Below, piece by piece: positions 25,902 to 38,283 of a stretch of 64,000 nt of DNA (the stretch's first letter is position 1; each line of letters starts with the position of its first letter). The stretch spans positions 133,488,001 to 133,552,000 of the forward strand of contig CM059431.1 of NCBI GenBank assembly GCA_030390025.1. The letters run 5' to 3'. The notes under the pieces are model-generated. The model did no database searches. It saw nothing but the letters and a program-made list of their open reading frames with translations, and was not told the origin of the DNA. The position numbers and the translations under genes are program-made. Origin of the DNA: Squalus acanthias. Taxonomy: Eukaryota.

Positions 25902-26726
25902 GGCCTAGAAATTCATTCACGCCGCCTGCCAGCGCATACTTAACAAGGAACAATTGCTGTGCTAGAATAGGTAGGCCTGAGGCCCACCTGATATTAGGCC
26001 TCAAGTCTCATTAACATCAGGCCAGTGAGGAACAGACGGTCCTGTGGGGGGAGCGATCAAGAGGGAGGGAGGCGACCGGAAGGGGAGCAGCGAACTGGGA
26101 GAGGGCTGATCGGACGACCTAGAGGGGGGTCGATAAGGATGGGTGACAATCGGGATTGCGGGGGGGGGTTCAATCAGGATATTCGGATAGGGGGTGTCAA
26201 TTGAGAGGGGCACGAGCAGTGGCCGGCAGTGGTCCATGGTTTTAATTCAGGTAGATATTTTTAACAAACACATTTTTGTTGCCGGCCGGCAGCAGTCCCT
26301 TTAAGGACCGCTGGTTAGACCACATGTAGACTTGGTTTTCATGAATGCAGCAGGCCTGGCATCAGCTGCGTTCAGGGCAACCCAAATTTGCACAGTGAGC
26401 CTCAAACAGTCGTTAGGCCCCTATTTGCATAAGCAAAGGACCTAAGGTGTGAGCCCTGGACGCCTACATTTTTGTCTATACCAATCCTCTATCCATGCTA
26501 ACATATTACCCCCAGCCCCATAAGCCCTTATCTTGTGTAACAACCTTTTATGTGGCACCTTATCAAATGCCTTTTGGAAATCCAAATATACTACATCCAC
26601 TGGTTCCCCTTTATCTACCCTGCTATTTACATACTTCCAGCTCATAATGAACGTGTGCTTCCTGTCTGCCATACTGGAAGCTTAGGTGCCCATTGAACTG
26701 GTGCGGCGCCATCGAATTTCTAGGCC
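25902..26726. mobile_element. Harbinger-type MITE containing a short CR1 RT fragment (26478-26625, -)
   Basis: Perfect 13-bp TIR GGCCTAGAAATTC; the TSD is ambiguous (ATT vs TAT). Confidence 0.8.
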
Positions 26727-28189
26727 TATTTCTGTAGTTAAAATGAGTTTTCCTAGCCAGTCAATCCCTCAGAAATATATCAGTAATTTTCCCCGTCGCC
26801 TATTTGTTTTTAGGTTTTCCTGCCACAGAGTGATAGGACATAGGTTCACATTGTAGTTTCCTTACTGAGCAAATTCTTGAACTATTGTCAGGGAAAAGCT
26901 TCTAATCGTAAGGAAAGAAAGGTGGAGAAAAAAAATCAAAGCATGAGTCCCCTCTTGGCTGTTCCCAGCCATCTCCTGGCAGCTGGATAGACAGAGGCAT
27001 TATGAAGGCATCGATTGTTTGAAACTTGATTGTTTACCGCTTAGCAACAGAATCCCATTCAGAATTGGAGGCATGAGAAAGGTAAAAAAACATTTCAAAT
27101 GACAAAAGAAAGCAGTTTTCCTGCAAATTTGATTCAATTCCATGTTTTTAGTAATATATGGTCTGTATGTTTAGTAAACAGTGTATGTTAATAATGTAGA
27201 CAAATATATTTGAGTTGTTTGTGACAATTTTTAAGAAGTTTCAGGCATACTTAATTGTTTTCTGCTTCCATGAAAATTGTTGATATGAATTAAGGGTATG
27301 ATGCCATTATGATACGGAGAGTAGGTTTATCTCAATACATGGATGAGAGGAGTTATATCATAGGGGGTTAAATTGGATAAGACCCGAAAACTGGCCTTAT
27401 CGTGGTCCGCGATTAACCCATGCCCATTCATTGCACTGCAGGCAGGATGTTAAACTGGTGCTGCCTGCCGATTTCCGTGATTGCTGCGTGCAGCCAGCGC
27501 TACTCACGCTGTTCACTGGTTGCACGCATCAGCAGGGGGCCCAATATTACAAGTGGCTAGCGCTACTTAAAGGCAGCCTCCACCTCTTAAAGGGGAGGTG
27601 CATTGTGGCTGCTGGAAGTGGTGTCAGAAAGTGAATTGATTTTGAAGAATTTTGTCAAGATGGCTCAACCTGCGAGAGAGCAGTACCAAGGTTTTCTGCT
27701 GCTGCACTGGAAGACTTGAAGAGAAGGAGAGACATCCTGTATCCGTGGGGGGTGGGGGGGTGGGGCGGAGACCCTCGAGACAGATGCTCAGGAGGCAGTG
27801 GGAAGAAGTAACGACGGAGGTCAATGCCAGGAGTATAGCTCCAAGAACATGGATGTAGTGCAGGAAAAAGTTTAATGATCTCGCAGGACTTGTCAAGGTG
27901 AGCGAGTTCAATCTTCAAATGGCATATCCTACCAACTGCACCACTAGCCTCATCCACGTCTCAATTCACTACACCCCTATCATCCACCTACCAACAATCT
28001 CTATCAATCATTACTCAACCTTTCAATTCATATGCTTTACCTCACCCTCATACACTTAGCACTGTTGCAAGCCTCACACCACAACTCACAGCTTGCACAC
28101 ACTGGCAGCTATTCAACCATGACAGCCACATCACCCAAACATATTGCAGAAAATTCACTGACACACTTCCCTCTTTCTAGCAGGAGAAG

Positions 28190-29944
28190 ATGGCACATAA
28201 GTATATCAAGAGGAAAAGACTGGTGAAAACCAAAGTTGGTCCATTGCAGTCAGATACGGGGGAATATATAACGGGAAATAAGGAAATGGCAGACCAACTA
28301 AATGCATACTTTGGGTCAGTCTTTACGAAGGAAGACACAAAAAACCTCCCTGGGATATCGGGAAAAATAGGGACATTGGCAAAGGAGGAACTGACGCAAA
28401 TCAATATCTCTAAGGATATGGTGTTAAGGAAGCTAAAGGGATTGAAGGCGGACAAATCCCCAGGGCCTGATAACATGCATCCTAGGGTACTGAAGGAGGT
28501 GGCCCTAGAGATAGCGGATGCACTAAGTATGATTTTTCAGAATTCATTAGACTCGGGAACAGTGCCCATGGATTGGAGGGTAGCTAACGTTACCCCACTA
28601 TTCAAAAAGGGGGGTAGGGAAAAAGCAGGTAATTACAGACCTGTAAGCCTTACATCAGTTGTGGGCAAAATGCTGGAGTCCATCATTAAGGATGAAATAG
28701 CGGAGCACTTAGCAAATGGGGACAGGATAGGACAGAGTCAACATGGATTTACAAAGGGTAAATCGTGCTTGACTAATCTATTGGAATTTTTTGAGGGAGT
28801 AACTGGTAAAATAGATGGGGGAGAGCCAGTAGATGTGGTGTACCTGGACTTCCAAAAGGCCTTCGACAAGGTCCCACATAAAAGATTAGCATGGAAAATT
28901 GAAGCTCATGGGATAAAGGGGAAAGTATTGACGTGGATAGAGAACTGGCTGTCAGATAGAAAACAGAGAGTTGGAATAAACGGCTCATTTTCTGAATGGC
29001 AGGCAGTAACAAGTGGGGTACCACAGGGATCTGTCCTGGGTCCCCAGCTGTTCACAATTTACATTAATGACCTGGATCAGGGAGTCGGATGCAGCATTTC
29101 CAAATTTGCAGACGACACTAAACTAGGAGGAGGGGTGGGCTCAGAGGAGGAGACCAGGAAGCTCCAGAGCGATTTGGACAGACTGGGTGATTGGGTGGAT
29201 AAATGGCAGATGCACTATAATGTGGACAAGTGCGAAGTTATCCACCTTGGGTGCAGGAACGGGAGGGCAAATTATTATTTAAATGGCAATAAATTGGGAG
29301 AGGGGGAAGTACAGAGAGACCTGGGTGTTCTTGTACACCAGTCACTGAAGGCGAGCATGCAGGTGCAACAGGCAGTCAAGAAGGCAAACGGTATGCTGGC
29401 CTTCATAGCAAAAGGGTTGGAATACAGGAACAGGGATACCTTGCTGCAGCTGTACAGGGCACTGGTGAGACCACACCTCGAGTACTGTGTACAGTTTTGG
29501 TCGCCTCATCTGAGGAAAGATGTTCTTGCCATGGAGGGGGTGCAGCGGCGATTCACCAGGCTGATACCAGGAATGGCGGGATTGACCTATGAGGAGAGAC
29601 TATGTAGTTTAGGGATGTACACACTGGAGTTTAGAAGATTGAGAGGGGACCTCATAGAAGTGTATAAAATTCTGACAGGTCTAGACAGACTAGATGCAGA
29701 AGGAATGTTTCCCTTGGCGGGTGAGAACAGAACTAGAGGACATAATTTAAGGATAAGGGCTAAACCATTTAGGACAGAAATGAGGGGGAATTTCTTCACT
29801 CAGAGGGTGGTGAACCTGTGGAACTCATTGCCACAGAGGGCAGTGTACGCCAGCTCATTAAATATATTTAAGAGGGAATTAGATATATTTCTACAGGCAA
29901 AAGGGGTTAAGGGTTACGGAGAGAAGGCGGGGACGGGATACTGA
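28190..29944 (+). CDS. Uninterrupted 584-aa CR1 reverse transcriptase ORF (no endonuclease); start codon supplied by Harbinger Myb exon 2
   Basis: ORF track shows no stops; motifs NYRPVSLTS, LDFQKAFDKV, GVPQGSVLGP and FADDTKL, plus the complete C-terminus. The first residues MAH are Harbinger-derived. Expression is unknown. Confidence 0.6.
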   Translation: MAHKYIKRKRLVKTKVGPLQSDTGEYITGNKEMADQLNAYFGSVFTKEDTKNLPGISGKIGTLAKEELTQINISKDMVLRKLKGLKADKSPGPDNMHPRVLKEVALEIADALSMIFQNSLDSGTVPMDWRVANVTPLFKKGGREKAGNYRPVSLTSVVGKMLESIIKDEIAEHLANGDRIGQSQHGFTKGKSCLTNLLEFFEGVTGKIDGGEPVDVVYLDFQKAFDKVPHKRLAWKIEAHGIKGKVLTWIENWLSDRKQRVGINGSFSEWQAVTSGVPQGSVLGPQLFTIYINDLDQGVGCSISKFADDTKLGGGVGSEEETRKLQSDLDRLGDWVDKWQMHYNVDKCEVIHLGCRNGRANYYLNGNKLGEGEVQRDLGVLVHQSLKASMQVQQAVKKANGMLAFIAKGLEYRNRDTLLQLYRALVRPHLEYCVQFWSPHLRKDVLAMEGVQRRFTRLIPGMAGLTYEERLCSLGMYTLEFRRLRGDLIEVYKILTGLDRLDAEGMFPLAGENRTRGHNLRIRAKPFRTEMRGNFFTQRVVNLWNSLPQRAVYASSLNIFKRELDIFLQAKGVKGYGEKAGTGY

Positions 29945-30039
29945 ATTGGAGGATCAGCCATGATCTCATTAAATGGCGGAGCAGGCTCGAAGGGCCGGAT
30001 GGCCTACTCCTGCTCCTATCTTCTATGTATGTATCTATG
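28201..30039 (+). mobile_element. Young 5'-truncated CR1 LINE
   Basis: TSD TAA (28198-200 and 30040-42); (TATG)n tail; splits the Myb peptide EKMAH|NRRQQERAGGG. Confidence 0.95.
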
Positions 30040-31926
30040 TAACAGGAGGCAGCAGGAAAGAGCTGGAGGGGGATAAGCGTGCCGGCACATTTTAACCCCC
30101 ATGGAGGAGACAGTGCTGGCTATCATGGGAAGGGGCATCGCTGAGGCTGTGGCCACTGGTGGAGCTGGAGGGATTGATAATGAAGGTATCTGCATACCTA
30201 ATCCTCCTTCTCTCATAACACTTCTCCCTCATCCCACAGTCTCTTCTGACTCAAAAGCTGCAGAAGGTGTAAACACAAACTTCTTACTTTCTCCTCTCTC
30301 CTCACCACAACCCAACCCTTGTCCCTTTTTCATATACAAGAACTGGAACCTTACCAGTCAGAGGAGGACGAGGAAGTAGACATTAAAAATGAAGAGACAT
30401 CGTCGCTTGATCTTACACTGGCAGCCACCAGCTCAGATACTGACACTGTGCGTACTTTAGAGGCTAGGATAGAAGAGGGATCTGCACATGGTGAGACACC
30501 GGGCACAACTGCGCAAGATCCAGGGCAGGGGGAGGGGAAAGGATAATGCAGGTGCCAGCTCGCCGGAGGGCGAGGTCACACACTAGTTGTGAGGAGAGGA
30601 ATCAGATTAGGACTTTGATGGCCCAGGCTACAGAAGAAGGCTGATGGGTGTGCACAACCATATACTTGGTGAACTGGAAAGTCTGCTAGATTGTAAGAAC
30701 TTCTACAAATATGTAAAAAGGAAGGGAATAGCAAAAGTAAGCATTGGTCCCTTAGAGGCTGAGACAGGTGAAATTATAATGGGGAATAAGGAATTGGCAG
30801 GGACTTTAAACAAATATTTTGTATCTGTCTTCACAGTAGAAGACACAAAAAGCATACCAAAAATAGTGGGGAACCAAGGGGCTAATAAGAGTAAGGAACT
30901 TAAAGTAATTAACATCAGTAGAGAAAAAGTAATTGAGAAACTAATTGGACTAAAAGTTGACAAATCCCTTGGTCCAGATGGCCTACATCCTAGGGTTCTA
31001 AAAGAGATGGCTGCAGAGATAGTGGATGCACTGGTTGTGATCTTCCAAAACTCCCAGCGGATTGGAAGGTAGCAAATGTAACACCGCTATTCAAGAAAGG
31101 AGGGAGAGAGAAAACAGGGAACTACAGGCCAGTTAGCCTGACATCAGTCGTCGGGAAAATGCTGGAATCAATTTAAAGGAAGTGGTAATAGGACACTTAG
31201 AAAATCATAATATGATTAGGCAGAGTCAACATGGTTTTATGAAAGGGAAATCGTGTTTAACAACTTTATTAGAGTTTTTTAAGGATGTAAGTAGCAGGGT
31301 AGATAAAGGGGAACCAGTGGATGTAATATATTTGGATTTCCAAAAGGCATTTGATAAGGTGCCACATAAAAGGTTGTTACACAAGATAAGGGCTCATGGG
31401 GCTGGGGGTAATATGTTAGCATGGATAGAGGATTGGTTAACAGACAGAAAACAGAGAGTAGGGATAAACGGGTCATTTTCCGGTTGGCAGGCTGTAATTA
31501 GTGGGGTGCCGCAAGGATCAGTGCTTGGGCCTCAGCTATTTACAATCTATGTTAATGACTTAGACGAAGGGACCGAGTGCAATGTATCTAAGTTTGCTGA
31601 CGATACAAAGCTAGATGGGAAAGTAACTGAGGAGGACACAAAGAGCTTGCAAAGGGATATAAATAGGTTAAGTGAATGCAAAATAAGGTGGCAGATGATG
31701 TATAATGTGAGGAAATGTGAGGTTATTCACTTTGGTAGGAAGAAAAGAAAAAGTGAATATTTTTTAAATGGTGAGAAACTCTTAAATGTTGGTGTTCAGA
31801 GAGATTTAGGTGTCCTTGTACAGGAAACACAGAAAGTTAGCAGGTACAGCAAGCAATTAGGAAGGCAAATGGCATGTTGGCCTTTATTGCAAGGGGGTTG
31901 CAGCACAAGTGTAAGGAAGTCTTACA

Positions 31927-33020
31927 ACAACAACAACAACAACAACAACTTATATTTATATGGTGCATTTAACGTAGTAATACGTCCCAAGGTGCTTCAC
32001 AGGAGTATTATAAGACAAAAAATTTGACACCGAGCCACATAAGGAGAAATTAGGGCAGGTGACCAAAAGCTTGGTAACAAAGGTAGGTTTTAAGGAGCGT
32101 CTTAAGGGAGGAAAGAGAGGTAGAGAGGCGGAAAGGTTTAGGCAGGGAATTCCAGAGCTTAGGGCCTAGGCAACAGAAGGCACGACCACTAATGGTTGAG
32201 TGATTATAATCAGGGATGCTCAAGAGGGCAGAATTAGAGGAGCACAGATATCTCGGGGAGGGTAGTGGGCTGGAGGAGCTTAGAGAGATAGGGAGGGGCG
32301 AGGACATGGAGGGATTTGAAAACAAGGATGAGAATTTTGAAATCGAGGTGTTGTTTAACCGGGAGCCAAAGTAGGTCAGCGAGCACAGGACTGATGGGTG
32401 AACGGGACTTGGTGCGAGTTAGGACACGGGCAGCCGAGTTTTGGATGAGCTCAAGTTTATGTAGGGTAGAATGTGGGAGGCCAACCAGGAGTGCGCTGCA
32501 ATAGTCAAGTCTAGAGGTAACAAAGGCATGGATGAGGGTTTCAGCAGCGGATGAGCTGAGGCAAGGGCGGAGTTGGGTGATGTTACGGAGGTGGAAATAT
32601 GCGGTCTTTGTTATGGAGCGGATATGTGGTCGGAAGCTCATTTCAGGGTCAAATATGAAACCAAGGTTGCGAACAGTGTGGTTCAGCCCCAGACAGATGT
32701 TAGGGAGAGGGATGGAGTCAATGACTAGGGAACGGAGTTTGTGGCGGGGACCGACAACAATGGCTTCGGTATTCCCAATATTTAATTGGAGAAAAATTCT
32801 GCTCTTCCAGAACTGGATGTCGGACAAGCAGTCTGACAATTTAGAGACCGTGGAGGGGTCGAGAGGAGTGGTGGTGAGGTAGAGCTGGGTGTCGTCAGCG
32901 TACATGTGGAAACTGACGCTGTGTTTTCGGGTGATGTCGCCAAGGGGAAGTATGTAGATGAGAAATAGGAGAGGGCCGAGGATAGATCCTTGGGGGATAC
33001 CAGAGGTAACGATGCAGGAT
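31927..33020 (-). mobile_element. L2 LINE 3' portion
   Basis: YADDTQLY, VRNLGFIFD, HAFVTSRLDYC and IQNSAARVL motifs; (TTG)n tail at about 31927-31950. Confidence 0.95.
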
Positions 33021-33319
33021 GTACAAGTGTACAGGGCTTTGGTGAGACCACACCTGGAGTACTGTGCACAGTTTTGGTCTCCTTATCTGAGAAAGAACAT
33101 ACATGCCTTAGAGGTGCAACGAAGGTTCACTAGATTGATCCCTGGGATGAGAGGGTTGTCTTATGAGGAGAGGTTGAGTAGATTGGGCCTATACTCTCTG
33201 GAGTTTAGAAGAATGAGAAGTGATCTCATTGAAACATACAAGATTCTGAGGGGGATTGACAGGGTAGATGATGAGAGGTTGTTTCCCCTGGCTGGAGAGT
33301 TTAGAACTCGGGGGCACAG

Positions 33320-35134
33320 ACCTCGGCGGGTCTGAGGCGGGCGATGTCGGTGGCGGGTCTTGGCCCCGCTGCTGACTCCATTACGGCCTCCGAAATGACT
33401 TGTCGATCATTGGGCTTGTTAAGCCCGCCCAGCGCGTTTCCCGGCCAATTAAAGGAAGCGGGTCTGATGACGTGTCACCAGCCGGTTTCCTTAAAGGGAC
33501 CGTGCCCAAATTTAGTTTGACGTTGTGCTGCCCTTGTTCTACAGCATTGAGGTGCTGCAAACACTGACAAGCACTGCACAGAGGTGCACGGCTGCACCCA
33601 GGCTCTCCCATGACTCCCTCCATATTCTTATGGAGGGAGTCACAGCACGCAGGGAGGTCCTCTTTCATTCCCATGGGCAGAAGAGACCTCCCCAGGACAC
33701 CAACGCAGCCTGGTTGCACATTGCACAGGAGGACACAAGCAGGGATGTCATCAGGAGGACCAGGCTGCACTGGTGCAAACCTTTCAATGATCTCAGTAGA
33801 TCACGAAACGTTACTGCAAAGCCACACTCAACCTCATCCTGCTGTGCCACTCATCACATCCCCATCACTCTGCCTTCCCTCCCCTACTCCTGCACATCCT
33901 TACTCACACCAACTTAACTTGCACCTCCACCCATCCCTCTCTATCTACATTATCACATCCCCATCTCACCAGACACCCCTCACACACACCCCTCACACTC
34001 ATCGTCATGCTAGTGTAATCATACCAACTAACAACACACAAGGGTAGGCACTTGGGTGTTTTAGCCAATGTTCATGTAAAGTTTCTGTTAATGTGCTGTC
34101 AAACAGGAAATCTTTATTTTCAACACTTGGCGTTCTTTGACAGATTTGTGTGCACCTTTGGAAGTGGCTTAATGAGTTGCAGTGAATGGTGAGACATAAC
34201 GTCCCCCCCTCCCCACAATGGTGATGTTGTTGGTGTGGGGTGGTGCCAACCTGGCGCATCATGTGGCAGCCAGGGTGTACAGTGTCAAATGAAGTAAATG
34301 TGGCCATGATGAGGCCATCCCTGGCCTCCCGTACAGTAATGTGGTCGGGTGCTGATGCCCTCTATCCTGTGCAGCATCAGGTGATTGCGGAGAAGGTTGG
34401 TGCTGTTGTTGGTGCTGCTGGTGTGCCTGGTGCTGCTGGTGTTGGGGCTGATCATGGTAGGATTCTGAGGACCAAGGTGAGAGAGTTTCAACGGCACCCA
34501 TGCTGATGGAATAGATATAACAACAGAAAACGCTGGATGTTATTTGTTTATTTCTGTTGTTATTTCAGATTTCCAGCATCCGCAGTATTTTGCTATCGTA
34601 CTGATGGAATAGATGGCAGGTGAAGTAGAGATGACAGAAACGATCTGTTAATGGTGGGAGAGGTAACGAGGTCAGACTGGATGGAGGCTTGTGTAAAGAC
34701 TTGCAGCATCCTGAATCTGTAGTGGAAAAGCAGTTTAGAGAAGCTTGTGGTTAAGGGAACATTTCTCAATCAGCTGGGAGCTTTGACTTGACATTTGAAG
34801 CTGTCAACTCATCAGCTGATTCAATGGCCACTGACGTCCCGCCTCAGCTTCACAGACGAGGTCTAGGCACAGCGGAAAGCTGGTGGGCGACCTGTCAAAT
34901 CCAAAAAGCTGGGGAAAAAACCATTGATAAGTGGCTGTAAACAAGCCGCTAATGATTTTAATTGCCTCACCTGCTGCTGCCTGTCGCATTTGCTCAGCGC
35001 TGGCAGACCCGACATCGGGAAAATCCAGTGTGCGCGTTTTGACAGTGGGTTCCCGACCTGCTGTCAATCATTTTAAATTGAACAGCTGACTCGCCACCCA
35101 TCCCGTCCGCTGAGCTCTGGCAAAATTGTGTCCG
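33320..35134 (+). mobile_element. Internally deleted Harbinger D (second family)
   Basis: Myb exon APRLSHDSLHILMEGVTARREVLF...AAWLHIAQE...FNDL (+); Q/H-rich transposase N-terminus (34501, -); right end GGCAAAATTGTGTCC. Left TIR not visible. Confidence 0.75.
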
Positions 35135-36224
35135 TAGTCTCAGGATAAGGGGTCGGCCATTTAAGACTGAGATGAGGAGGCATTTCTTGACTCAGAAGGT
35201 TGTGAATCTTTTGGAATTCTCTGCCCCAAATGGCTGTGGATGCTGAGTCGTTGAGTAAATTCAAGGCTGAGATCATAGAATCATAGAATGGTTACAGCAC
35301 AGAAGGAGGCCATTCAGCCCATCAAGCCCGTGCTGGCTCGCTGCAAGAGCACTTCAGCTAGTCCCACACCCCTGCCCTTTCCCTGTAGCCCTACAAGTTT
35401 TTTCCTTCAGGTACTTATCCAATTCCCTTTTGAAAGCCATGATTGAATCTGCCTCCACCACCCTTTCAGGCAGTACATACCAAATCCTAACCACTCGCTG
35501 CGTAACATTTTTTTCCTCATGTCGCCTTTGGTTCTTCTGCCAATCACCATAAATCTGTGTCCTCTGGTTCTCGACCATTCCGCCAAAGGGAACAGTTTCT
35601 CTTTATCTACTCTGTCTAGACCCCTCATGTTCTTGAACACCGCGATCAAATCTCCTCTCAACCTTCTCTGCTCTAAGGAGAACAACCCCAGCTTCTCCAG
35701 TCTATCCCCGTAACTGAAGTCCCTCACCCCTGGAACCATTCTTGTAAATCTTATCTGCACCGTCTCCAAGACCTTCACATCCTTCCTAAAGTGCGGTGCC
35801 CAGAACTGGACACAGTACTCCAGTTGAGGCCGAACCATTGTTTTATAAAGGTTCATCATAACTTCCTTGCTTTTGTACTCTATGCCTCTATTTATGAAGC
35901 CTAGGATCCCGTAAGCTTTTTTAACCACTGTCTCAGCCTGGCCTGCCACCTTCAACGATTTGTGCACCTATACCCCCAGGTCTCTCTGTTCCTGCAGCCC
36001 CTTTAGAACTGTACCCTATAGTTTATGTTGCCTCTCCTCGTTCTTCCTACCAAAATGTATCACTTCACACTTTTCTGTGTTAAATTTCACCTGCCACATG
36101 TCCGCCCATTCCACCAGACTGTCTTTGTCCTCTTGAAGTCTATCACTATCCTCCTCACTGTTCACTATACTTTCAAGTTTTGTGTCATCTGCAAATTTTG
36201 AAATTATGCCCTGTACACCTAAGT

Positions 36225-36757
36225 TTATCTGAGGAAGGATGTTCTTGCCATGGAGGGAGTGCAGCGAAGATTCACCAGACTGATACCTGGGATGGCAGGA
36301 ATGACGTATGAAGAGAGATTGGGACGATTGGGCTTGTATTCGCTAGAGTTTAGAAGAATGAGAGGGGATCTCATTGAAACTTATAAAATTCTAACAGGAC
36401 TAGACAGACCGGATGCAGGAAGGATGTTCCCGATGGCGGGGGAGTCCAGAACCAGGGGTCACAGTCTAAGGATAAGGGGTAAGCCATTTAGGACTGAGAT
36501 GAGGAGGAATTTCTTCACCCAGAGAGTGGTGAACCTGTGGAATTCTCTACCACAGAAGGCAGTTGAGGCCAATTCATTAAATATATTCAAGAAGGAGTTA
36601 GATATATTTCTTAAGGCTGAAGGGATCAAGGGATATGGGGAGAAAGCAGGGACAGGGTACTGAATTTGGATGATCAGCCATGATCTCATTAAATGGCAGA
36701 GCAGGCTCAAGGGGCTGAATGGCCTACTCCTGCTCCTATCTTCTATGTTTCTATGTG
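36225..36757 (+). mobile_element. Young CR1 3' fragment nested in the minus-strand CR1
   Basis: Nearly identical to 8284-8820; short TSD AGT. Confidence 0.95.
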
Positions 36758-37337
36758 AGTCTAAGTCATTAATATATATCAAGAAAAGCAGTGGTCCTCG
36801 TACCGACCCCAGGGAACCCCACTGTGTACCTTCCTCCAGTCCGATAAACAACCGTTCACCACTACTCTCTGTTTCCTAGTAGTGTAATGGCACCTCTATT
36901 GTTTCTCAACTCTAACCAAATAGATTCTGTCCTTGACCCCTCCAGGACATCCTTTCTCTCTAGCACTAACATTCTCCTTAATCAATACTGCCACACCACC
37001 TCCTTTCTTTCCTTCCCTTTCTTTCCTGAACACCTTATATTCAGGAATATTTAAAACCCAATCCTGCCTTTCTTTGAGCCAGGTCTCCGTTATCGCCACA
37101 ACATCATATTCCATGTGTCTATTTGCACCTGCAGCTCACCAACCTTATTTACCACACTTCGTGCATTCACATACATGCATTGTAAACCTATCTTAGACCT
37201 TCTTGTATTCTCTCTTAGTCTGACCCCACCGAATACTGTATGATTTCTTACTCTAGTGCTATCTGTCTCTCCCAATCATTTGTGCACCTTGTTTCTCCTT
37301 TCTAATGCTACATCCTGGTGCCCATCCCCCTGCCAAA

Positions 37338-38283
37338 TTAATTTAAACCGTCCCCAACAGAAGTAGCAAACCCCCCTGCGAGGACATTAGTCCCGGCTCT
37401 GTTGAAGTGCAACCCATCCAGCCTGTACAGGTCGCACCTCCCCCAGAACCGGTCCCAATGTCCCAGGAATCTAAAGCCCTCCCTCCTGCACCATCTCTCC
37501 AGCCATGCATTCATCTGCCTTATCCTCCTATTTCTATACTCACTAGCTTGTGGCACCGGGAGTAATCTGGAGATTACTACATTTGAGGTCCTGCTTTTTA
37601 ATCTCTTTCCTAGCTGCCTAAAATCTGCCTGCAGGACCTCATCCCTCTTTCTACCTTTGTCGTTGATACCGATATGGACCACGACCTCTGGCTGTTTACC
37701 CTGCCCCCTCAGAATGTTCTGAAGCCGCTCAGTGACATCTTTGACCCTGGCACCAGGGAGGCAACATATCATCCTGGAATCACGTCTGCGGCAGCAGAAA
37801 CACCTGTCTGTTCCCTTAACTATCGAGTCTCCAATCACTACTGCTTTCCTGATCTTCCTCCTCCCCCCCCTGTACAGCTGAGCCACCCGTGCTGCCATGG
37901 ACCTGGCTCTGGCTGTACTCCCCAGAGGAACCATTTCCCTCACCAGTATTCAGTCCTGAATAATGGTTAGAGAGCGAGATGCACTCAGGGGACTCCTGCA
38001 CTACCTGCCTGGTCCTCCTTGTCTGTCTGACGATCATCCATTCCCTCTCTGCCTGCACACTCTTATGCTGCGGGGTGACCACCTCCTGAAACGTGCTATC
38101 CACGTAGCTCTCAGCCTCATGGATGCACCGCAGTGATGCCAGCTGCTGCTCAAGCTCCGAAACCTGGAGCTTGAACTCCTCCAGCTGACGCCACTTCCTG
38201 CACATGTCCAGGACACGGGAAGCGTCCTGAGGTTCCCACATGGCACAAGATGTGCATTCAACGGGAACGAGGTACCCTGCCAT
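37338..38283 (-). pseudogene. CR1 ORF1: Cys-rich/leucine-zipper N-terminus plus SGNH esterase domain, one frameshift
   Basis: CTSC motif, heptad LQVSELEQQLASL, and esterase blocks VIGDSIV, PGA, HIGIND, DGLH. Frameshift in the G run near 37865. Confidence 0.9.

Noticed and set aside
26940..27085. Possible exon ending AAG|GTAAAA
   Set aside because: No convincing acceptor and no recognisable peptide.
37338..37943. Stand-alone or horizontally acquired SGNH/GDSL esterase
   Set aside because: It is the known esterase domain of CR1 ORF1, directly upstream of ORF2.
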